Assembly (NCBI RefSeq): GCF_000400465.1
Contig: NW_008806279.1
Coordinates: 176,107-208,106 of the forward strand
Origin: Wallemia ichthyophaga EXF-994
Lineage: Eukaryota > Fungi > Basidiomycota
Reading direction: 5' to 3'
DNA: 32,000 nucleotides
Below, piece after piece: positions 11,263 to 20,519 of this stretch (position 1 is the first letter of the stretch; each line of letters opens with the position of its first letter). The notes beneath the pieces were generated by a model. The model made no database searches. It saw only the letters and a list, made by a program, of their open reading frames with translations, and had not been told where the DNA came from. The position numbers were made by a program, and so were the translations under genes.

Positions 11263-14200
11263 ATGACTAAATTTCAAGCTTTCCCGTATAGCCCATACGC
11301 AATACAAAATGATTTCATGAGCGCTTGCTACGACGCGTGCGAGAACTCATCCGTCGCAGTACTCGAATCACCTACAGGTACCGTAAGTGGATGGACTGTC
11401 CGGTACAAGCATCCGCTAAGTACATGTTTTGTAGGGTAAATCGCTCAGCTTGTTAGTTGGATGCCTGACTTGGCTAAGGGATTATTCTATACGCGTTGGT
11501 TAAGCTTTAGTGGCTACATCGGCAGCTGATGCGATCATTCTAGTCGAGGGACTCTACAATTGATCGTTTGAGAGAGGATTTGCTGGCTAAGAAAGGCAAC
11601 AAGCCTGCTTGGGTCATTGAACACTCTCTCAAACTCAAGCGAGAAGATTTGGTGGGTTGGGTCGGTGACAGCGTGTACACCGCTAAATACTCAAAAGGAC
11701 AACGAATTGAGGCTTATGGATGAAAGACTTGCTGCTGTCAGGGAAAAAGAGCAGCTACTGCGCAAACATACTGTTAAATACGATGACGACAACGCACGCA
11801 AGAAGATTGTCGGTGTTGCTTTATGCGGGTTTACAATAATGCTCAATCTGCGCTAGAGAATTGACTACGACGATGCAGCTGATGACGACCATTTTCTGCC
11901 AGACGAAAACTGCCAATCCGAAAATGACGACATCAATGCCGACGCGAAGGCAATGCTTGATGAGTGAGTTGAGCGTGAGCGTGAGCGGTGATAGCAGAAC
12001 ACAGCTAATGCAAATCAGATTCGATCTCAACTCCTCCAAATTACACTCTTCCAAGCAAAACCAAAATCAAAACCGCTCCAAGTACATGGAAGCAGCAGAA
12101 CTGCAAGAGCAAGAAGTGGACAGAACAAAGGTGTGTTTTTCACACGCTCACGCTGCTATCTAACAAAACATTTGCAGATCTTCTTCGCATCGCGCACCCA
12201 CTCCCAATTATCTCAGTTCATCTCCGAGATAAGCAAGACATCATATCAAGAGAACGCGCGGGTGATATCGCTAGCATCGCGCAAGAATCTCTGCATAAAC
12301 AGCAAGGCAAGGAATGCACCGGGCGGGGACGCTGGACTTAATGAGCGATGTCGCGAGCTCAGGACTGCGCCTGCATCGAGTGAAAAAAGGTGTGAGTTCT
12401 ATCCTAAGATAGATGAGCAAGGGAGACTGCTCGAGTTCCGCGATCACGCTCTATCTTCTATACGCAATGTAGAGGATCTCGAGGAGCTTGGTAAGACACT
12501 GCACGTCTGTCCATACTACGGGTCGAGGAGAGCAATCAAGCAGTCAGAGGTGAGAGTTTAGTTTTAGTTTGCATTGAAAACGACCTTCTCATACTGTCTA
12601 GATATGTACTCTGCCTTACAACCTCCTTCTTTCCAAAAGAGCGCGGGAGTCCCTGGGTATATCATTGAAAAACCGTATGTCTATCGCCACGCATAGACAC
12701 TTCGCTCATCATTTCACAGACATAGTCGTGATAGATGAAGCACACAACCTTATCGACGTGCGTTGAACGTGAAGTGATATCAGACGATCTAACCAACTAA
12801 TCGAAAATCAGACAATACTCGCAGTACATTCATGCAGCGTCACAATGCGTACGCTCAATGCAGCAATCAATGCACTGTCCACATACATGCAGCGCTACGG
12901 CAAGCGTCTCAGCGGCCAGCACCTGGTATCGCTCAAGTTGTTTGCCAAAACACTTAAGGGCCTGATAGTGTTTTGCGACAAGATGAAAGCGCAGCGCGAG
13001 ACGCAAAAAGCAACGCCGAGGCAAAAAAACGACAAGCAGCCACATCCACAGACACAGACACAGGAAGAAATATTCCAACCCAAAGACGTCGTCGAAGGGT
13101 TCGGCGAGGATGTCAATCTCGGTAGTGTAGAAGCTTACTTGCGCGATTCGCATATGTCTCAGAAGGTGTGTATAATGTATGATTTGCAGTGAATTTAAAT
13201 CAGCGTACTGACTCAATTGCCAAGCTGGGAGCATTCGCCGAGAGGGAAGCTAAGCAAGACAGCCTAAGAAAGCCCTACAACAAAGATAGTAAAGACAGCA
13301 CAAGCACTGATAACGTCAGCTTCGCATCTGCAAGTTCGATGCATCACGTGCAGAGTCTGCTACTCGCTCTCGCCTATCCGGACAGTGATGGGCGAGTAGT
13401 GGTAACGTTCGAAGCGGACACCGTGCGACTCAGCTACCAGCTTTTGAATGGTGCTGAGCATTTCAGGAGCATACTTGATGAATCACGCGCTGTTATACTC
13501 GCTGGTGGTACTATGCATCCCATAACTGACTTTAAGACATTCCTCATGCCTTCACTGCCCCCGTCCCGGTTCACCAGCCTCAGCTGCGCTCATGTCATAC
13601 CTCCTTCTCACCTCCTCGCTACAGCTCTAAGCAAGGGTCCTAGTGGCCTAGATATGGATTTCAGATACGAGGCGCGATCTAAACCGGAGCTGATGAATGA
13701 GCTGGGAATGATCGTGCAGAATCTAATCAATTTAGTTCCAGATGGGCTCGTTATCTTCTTCCCTTCGTATGGATACCTCAATTCTGTCGAAGCTCATTGG
13801 AAGAAGAGCGGTGTGATAGGACGTATTGAACAGAAAAAGAAGCTCTTCCGTGAACCTAAAGAAGCGGCGGATGTGCAGATCACTTTGGATAAATATACAC
13901 AGGGTATTCAATGCAAAACTGGTAAAATTACTGGATCCGTCCTCTTCGCTGTTGTAGGCGCGAAGCTTTCTGAAGGTATCAATTTCTCGGATAACCTCGC
14001 ACGCTGTGTCGTCATGGTTGGCCTCCCATTCCCCTCACCTTCACCTGCATTAGAGGAGCGAAAGAATTACGTTCGAAGCTTCACTAAATCATCACAACAC
14101 GATGCGGGGAATGAATTGGTAATGAATCAGTGCATGAGATCCGTCAATCAATCAATTGGTAGAGCTATTCGACACCAGAATGACTGGGCGGGTTTAGTGC

Positions 14201-14343
14201 TAATCGATAAACGATTTGGTACCTCGCAAATTCAAAACAAGCTACCAGGTTGGATCAACAAAAGTATGACAGTATCCCAAACATTTCCACAAGCCATTAA
14301 GAACATAGCACCATTCTACGCACGTAAGAAAAAAGCTATATAA
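11263..14343 (+). CDS. CHL1: Chl1/DDX11 Fe-S DNA helicase, about 857 aa
   Basis: 11 exons: 11263-11382, 11435-11494, 11544-11651, 11698-11808, 11857-11963, 12019-12130, 12178-12549, 12602-12674, 12720-12757, 12812-13165, 13225-14343 (2574 nt). Motifs: FPYSPYAIQ, Walker A ESPTGT|GKS, IFFASRTHSQL, four Fe-S Cys (NLCIN, ERCRE, RCEFY, CPYY), DEAHN, LAGGTM, LSEGINFSD, NQSIGRAIRH. The donors of introns 2 and 4 and the acceptor of intron 10 are less certain. Confidence 0.93.
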
Positions 14344-14417
14344 GAATATTGTGTTTATTATAAATACAGAGAGAGCAATGCAAGTAAAAGATTATAATTG
14401 TATTAGTATAAAGAAGT

Positions 14418-16182
14418 CTATTCATCCTCATAATCATCCTCATCATTGTCCGACTGTACACCAACGACACCATCATTCTGACGTTGGCGTTCTTGATAGT
14501 TGCTGATACGACCTGAGAAGGCATTTCTTACATTTGCATTTGTACCAATATCCCATACTTGCAGTTTGGCTTTGGAGCCACCAGCAGCCAAGACGAGTGG
14601 GTCGTCAGGACTGAAAGAAACATTAAATATTCTACCAATATCCATATCTCTTGATGTAGTTAAGGTGACATTATTAAGGTTATCTTCTGATTGATCTATG
14701 TTCCAAATTTTGATTTGTTTGTCAGTACCACCGGTAGCCAAACAGCCTTTGAAGTGTGGGTTGATGTCAAGAGCTGATGTCGCACCGTCGTGGGCAGCTA
14801 ATGTGAAAATAGCTTGTGATTCACTGGACACCCTCTCACCATGCTTGACGGATGAAAGATTTCTAGCATCAAACTGCTGTACTAAACCGTTTTCAGTGGA
14901 TACGTAGAAGTTGTGACTGATGAATGGATCCCATTTACACACTTCAACATCAGCAGAAACTAGACAACCAACACCATCATTAGGTGATCTAGTATCAAAA
15001 GTCCTAACTGTTTTGTCGTAACCACCTGTTAAAAGTACTTCACCCTGCTCTTCGTTCCACTGCAAAGATTGCACTTTCTCGTTGTGTGGGTTGAAGCTCC
15101 TAAGAGCTTTGGATGTGTTTAAGTCCCATAACTTGACCGTGTGATCAGCTGAACCAGATGCTAAAATATTTCTATGCAATTTGTTCCAACTGAGTGATAA
15201 GATGGCATCCGTGTGGTACTCATCATTTGCCTTGGTGAGCTTTGACTTCTTCTTACCAGTACCGGCAGCAGGTGCAGACAACTTTGCAGACTTGCCTTGT
15301 TCAAGTTTGCCCAAGATAGTGTCTGGATACATCCCATCGATCTTATCGAGTGACCAGATCTCAATTTCAGGCTCGAAAGTACCAACAGCAATCAAGTTAC
15401 CTGGTGCACCTGTACCTGGAGCGTAGTCCAACCATTCTAAGCAGAGAGGAAACGATGGCAGCATGAGATCGTGATGCACGTATAAATTCTCCTGGGAATC
15501 GTCATAAACGTGTACTTCTAAGATAGACAGGTCATCCTCAGTCTTTGCAGACACGAGCATGTTATCTGAAGGAAGAACTTGCAATTCTTCTCTAATTTCA
15601 TCTTCTTCTTCTTTCTTTTCCTCTTGAGTGAGAGTGACGTACGGGTCTTCTTCAGGGTTTTTGTAGTAAGAAAGGCCTTTCATATTTGAGAAAGCGCCGA
15701 GGGCTGTAAGGAAGTATGAGTTGAGTACTTGAACCGGAGAATGAACCAACTAACCACCCGTATTGTTGTCCTCCTGATCATAATTGTCCAAATTGTACTC
15801 GGATAAGTCATTTGGATCTTTCTTCTGTTGCTTGTGGGTGTTATCATCATCACCGCTCATGCTCTCATCCTCTTCAGCCTGCTCATTCTCCTCATTCTCC
15901 TCACTGGATCAATTGGTCAGATTTGCTAGGGAAAACCTGCGCCAGAGAGACAACCTACTCATCCTTATCATTCTCAACATCCATTCCCTCGTCCTTTGCT
16001 CTCCTTTCATCCATTTCGTTTGCTTCTTTCTCCGCCCTGGCCAATTCAGTCTGAGCATCTTCCAATTCCACCTTAGCCAACGCTGAGATACGCTCCATTT
16101 CCTTATCATCTAACTCATATTTCTTTGGATGCTCCTCTGCGATTCCCCTCTTAACCCACGCTAAACTGCTAATCAAACTCAT
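14418..16182 (-). CDS. PWP1: WD40 ribosome-biogenesis factor Pwp1, about 551 aa
   Basis: Exons 16182-15959, 15903-15758, 15703-14418; introns are 55 and 54 nt. It begins MSLISSLAWVKRG, has an acidic N-region (DLSEYNLDNYD), LYVHHDLMLPSFPLCLEW, IAVGTFEPEIEIWSLD and WD repeats. Confidence 0.93.
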
Positions 16183-16259
16183 CGCCGTTAACCAAGAAGA
16201 CAAGAACTGATGAAAAAACTAAATAAATTAGACTAAAATGTTTCTGTTTCTCAAATACT

Positions 16260-18053
16260 TTACATCCTTGGCTTCTTCGAGGCACTCCCAATCGATTCTC
16301 TCTTTCGCGTTTTACTACTCATCTGTTGCGCATCTGGTGAGCTATACTTGGACACAGGATGTGCATAATTTAGCGGCACTGTTTCTGCATCATTGGGGAA
16401 TGATGGCATCCTTGATAATGACTTGGACTTCTTTCCATCTGGTTGGCTTTTCGAGAGTGGTGTATTCAATCGACTATCTTCCCCAATCGTACCTTGACTA
16501 GATGAAGATTCTAAAGTTGCTTCGTTGCTTCTCTCTAAATCATATCTTGCCGCTCTAAATGCATGTTGAACAGCTCCAAATTTGCTGGCATCTGTTTTTC
16601 TCTATTAGTGTGAATTGAGAGGTGTTTTAACCTACCTTTAGTGAAGCATCTCAACCATAACTCTTCAAAATGCTCTGGACGTGCATAAAGTGATTGATCT
16701 TTGCGTAATTTGAATTTGTCTGGAGTGAGTTGAGTGAGTCATATTATACGTTTTTAACAACATCATCACTCACAATCTGGCCCTTTACCATATTTGCTAA
16801 AAAACCATATCTTGCTTACAGGATCCTCCTGTTTCATACCATGGTGTATGCGAGTCCTAGAAGAGTGAGTTACTTTGGTCCATGAAATCAACATGACAAC
16901 CTACCAGTCAACTATAATATCATCAGCAGACAATTCCACATTGTCAGGTGCATGTGACGCAACGAGCTCAGAGTTGAGATTCGCAATGTCCTCTTTGCTA
17001 AAATCGCTAGAAGGGTATACGCTGTGATCGACACATCTGTAGAGATCCCGGAGGTATAGACGTTCAAGAATACTTCTCGCCTGTTCGAGTTCTGGGGTTT
17101 TCGATCTGCTGATATCCTCAATTATAGAGTCAGTAAGGTGGAGGTATTCCTTAGGGTTTGAGATTTTCTTGGAAATGCCCAAATAGGCATCAGCAGCAAC
17201 TAGAGCATCAACAATCATATATTCCACCGCTTGAGATGCTTTGTGGGTGTATATACGACGATGGAGTGACCAACGCGTATGAAATAGTTCAGCAATATTA
17301 ATAACTTCTTTGTGGTCGTAGCAGATTGAATCATCGATTACTCTCGCTGAGTGGAGAATACGCGATGTGTCGTGTGTGCTGTTGACACCCAAATTGCGAG
17401 TATCACGAGCCATGTACTGAATCATTGAATCAGAATAGTTAACATAATGACAAACCTTAACTCACATCGAATTTATCGACATCTAAACCACTCTCATTGT
17501 TGGCGACAATGTGGAAAAGGAAATTTTTCTCACTGCGTTGATTATCTGGACGAGGACGACCGCGAATAAGGTCCTGAATGAACTCAAGCTCATCTTTTGG
17601 GAAATCGAAATCAGTTCTCTGTCTAAGACCATCGAAAAGAGATTCGAGCATCATTTCAGACGCGACTTCATGAGACCACGTGAGGTGTGGACAAGTGGCG
17701 GGAATAAAGGTGTTGTCGAATACGTGACTGTAAGGGCCATGACCCAGGTCGTGACAGAGACCAGCCAAAGTGACGCAGCGGACATCACGTTCGTCGATGC
17801 CTAGATAAGGTTGGCGTGATTGGAGGAGGGTGACGAGCTGATTGGCTAAAAATGCGGTGCCGATTGAATGCTCGAATCTGTTATGTGTTGCGCCAGGGAA
17901 AACGAAATAGGAAGAACCCAGTTGCTTGAGATAGCGCAGACGCTGAAATTGAGGAGAATCGATAACTGTGAAGCAGAGAGTGTCTAGAGTGATGTACCCG
18001 TGTATTGGATCATTGATTTTACGCTCGTTCCAGAAATCTTCTGCGAGCGACAT
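16260..18053 (-). CDS. SAMHD1: SAMHD1-like HD-domain dNTP triphosphohydrolase without a SAM domain, about 532 aa
   Basis: Exons 18053-17466, 17416-16905, 16856-16774, 16719-16636, 16591-16260 (1599 nt); introns are 49, 48, 54 and 44 nt. Motifs: KINDPIHG, IDSPQFQRLRYLKQLG, FPGATHNRFEHSIG, CHDLGHGPYSHVFD, HIVANNESGLDVDKFD|YMARD, LFHTRWSLHRRIYTHK. Confidence 0.9.
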
Positions 18054-18077
18054 TGGTGGTGGTAGGGAAAAACAATC

Positions 18078-18472
18078 ATGGGCAAGAAAGTAAGTATGGG
18101 TTTGAATATGAATGTCTTGCTTTCGCTCACATCACATAGCAAACAGGCGCTCAAGCGATACAGCTCCGTCATGTCCTCACAGATAAGCACTCAAAAGCTG
18201 TTGAGGCTCTCGATAAGATCAAGAATGGCGAAAACTTTGCAAAAATAGCGATGGAGTATTCGCAGGACAAGGCCAGAGCAGGTGGATTGCTTGGATTGAA
18301 GGTGAGATTGTGCTTTGTCTGCTTGGACGCTTTAACACGGCCCTCACAGCAAAAGACAGATCTCGTTGAGCCAATTTCATCGACAGCGTTTAACCTGCCC
18401 GTCAACCAGCCATCTGATCCGGTTAAATCTGAGTTTGGGTATCACATATTGCTAGTAGAGGCACGTAAATGA
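18078..18472 (+). CDS. PIN4: Parvulin-type peptidyl-prolyl isomerase (Par14/Pin4 type), 98 aa
   Basis: Exons 18078-18089 (MGKK), 18140-18301, 18350-18472; introns are 50 and 48 nt. Motifs LRHVLTDKH, YSQDKARAGGLLG and VKSEFGYHILLVEARK match Par14. There is no WW domain. Confidence 0.88.
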
Positions 18473-18477
18473 ATGCA

Positions 18478-19406
18478 TCAAGGCAATGCGGTATAATTGT
18501 TTGAATTGTTTGAATTGTTTGAATTGTTTGAATTGTTTGAGTTGCTTGAGTTGTTTGTATTGTTCCGAAGCAACCACGCTTCTTCACTCTCCTCATTCCC
18601 CCTATTTCTATCATCACCTTGCTCACCACCAAACAAACTACGTATCTCGCTAGCAGATATCTGCAAGCTCCGCGACCGCTGCATCAAATTCGGGCGTCTG
18701 CTCTCCTGCAGACCAACAAGGCGTGGTTTCGCAGGTGGCCTTGGGGGTGGCTTAAACCAACTGACGTCATTTTGATTGCGAGTACTTGTCGACGCCGTCT
18801 CCGTTTGAGTATCTGGCGCACTCTGACGCGGTGGCAGGTGCGGTTTCGAAGACTGCAACAGATTGCTGAATGGGTTTTTGTCTGAGAAGGTTCTGCGAGG
18901 CGGTGGCGGAGGCGGCGGATGCTTCTCTGCTGCCTTATTCTCGCTGCCTTTTCCATCTTGAATGGTATTGCTTTGTTTACTGCGTCTGAAGTTGGGATGC
19001 GGATGTGCTGTGATTTGAGTCAGCCACGCAATCACCCACCAAATACGCCGACCCACTCTGTTCGAATAAGAAATATTGCCATTGCGTGTAGTTACTTGCA
19101 TGTGACAGTAGCCTAATCACCGCTAGTAACTCTTCTCGAGCTAATGTGAGTGTGCAAGTGCGCTCTGAGCCAAACAGAGCGTTAAATGCAGCGCTGACGT
19201 TGCTGAAAGAGAAGCTGAATCTGTTTATAAGTACTCCAGCGCACTCGTCACTTGACATTCTTTCCTCTCTTTCCAATATGAGTCCACAGTGCGCGTACAC
19301 AGCAAATTCCTCATTAGACAGCTGTATCAGCTGTTAGCGTGCCTTTAAACATACAATCACTCACAGCAGATATATCCAGCCATGCTCTTGTGCGTAATGA
19401 CGACAT
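18478..19406 (-). CDS. Hypothetical protein, about 278 aa: degenerate EH-like N-terminal domain and Pro-rich disordered tail with an NPF motif
   Basis: Exons 19406-19365, 19321-19057, 19007-18478; introns are 43 nt (GTGAGT...CTAAC...CAG) and 49 nt (GTGGGT...CTGAC...CAG); the model is in frame. LAREELLAVIRLLSHA resembles the last EH-hand helix. It contains PPPPPPPRR, KNPFS and KPPPRPP. Confidence 0.6.
18495..18557. repeat. 9-bp tandem repeat (AATTGTTTG)5 plus 2 degenerate copies, encoding (NNS)n at the C-terminus of the minus-strand orphan
   Basis: Seen directly. Confidence 0.92.
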
Positions 19407-19448
19407 TCCAAAAGAAATGAAGAAATCGATTAGAGTACAAAACACAAG

Positions 19449-20394
19449 CTAACCTTTATTCTTCATCTCACGTAGCTTTGCCATAACCTTCGCGCCTTCC
19501 TTCTCCCCGGTGGCTTCTTGCACCTCACTCACATGCACCCTCATGAATGGATTGTGTGCAAGCTCGTCGCCGATAGTGTATTTGCCCACAGTCTGCGAAT
19601 TTGCAGCCGTATCCTCAGCCAGCTTCCTCAACGCCTCGTTCTTTGGCTCGACTGTGAGGGCGAATTTGACGCTATCAATGTCGTCATTAAGCTATTTACC
19701 CTGAATAAGACAAGAACCTACTTTCCACGCGTGTACTCGTGGCCATTGTAAACAACAGTATCCGATGGCAGCTTTGCGAGTACTTCATTGAGGGATTTGT
19801 GCATCTCAGCAGCAGTGCCCTCGAAGAATCTGCCACAGCCAGCGGTGAAGAGCGTATCGCTGGGGGTGTACAGGTGAGCACGCTATATGCACACAAAAGA
19901 ATCCAACTTACCCCGTAAACACTGCTTTTTGGCCAGTTGATTTGTCGTGGACCAAAAACGCAGTAGAGTCCTGCGTATGGCATGGCGTGGAGTGGCAGCT
20001 GCGATACTTGAGCTCAACTATGCTCCACTTCATCTAATACCACCTACCTAACATCCAAGCTGCCAAATTTGAATTCATCCCCGTGGCTCACAATATTCGT
20101 CGTCGCTGGCGCCTTCTGTGAGCCGGAATAGAAGGGAATGTTGGGTAATTGCTTGTGCAGCTCCATGTTACCACCAGTGTGGTCGTTATGATGGTGTGTG
20201 CTAATGTTCGCTGCTAATTCCACACCCTCGGCTTTCGCTGCAGCCAACACCTTGTCCACTGCATAAGGATCCACAGACGCTGCTTTCTTCCCCGCCTCGT
20301 CTATAATCAAGTACGCGTAGTTGTCGCTCTGGTTTGGCACTGGTACTATTCTCATTTTCCTTGCTGCTGTCGATCGAAGTGCTCGTGATAGCAT
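19449..20394 (-). CDS. GLO2: Glyoxalase II (hydroxyacylglutathione hydrolase), about 264 aa, with probable mitochondrial presequence
   Basis: Exons 20394-20048, 19998-19912, 19859-19722, 19671-19449; introns are 49, 52 and 50 nt. Motifs: SDNYAYL, THHHNDH metal site, [11 protein letters not shown]|[28 protein letters not shown]. Confidence 0.95.
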
Positions 20395-20399
20395 CGAAC

Positions 20400-20419
20400 C
20401 ACGTGACGCAATGACGCAA
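20400..20419. promoter_or_regulatory. Overlapping GTCACGTG (E-box/CDEI-like) and two TGACGCAA (CRE/bZIP-like) motifs just upstream of GLO2
   Basis: The + strand reads cacgtgacgcaatgacgcaa, 6-25 nt upstream of the first ATG. Function is inferred from motif similarity only. Confidence 0.3.
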
Positions 20420-20519
20420 GCGTTTTGATTTCACAAAAATTGAGATTATAAAAACTTGTTATTGTTACAAATGCATACACATTCTTCTATTCTACTAATA
20501 TGTAAACTTTTAATTCCAC

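Noticed and set aside
18497-18775. ORF MFELFELFEL... (+) and ORF 18423-18632 (-, TIQTIQ)
   Set aside because: These are alternative-frame shadows of the 9-bp repeat in the minus-strand orphan CDS.
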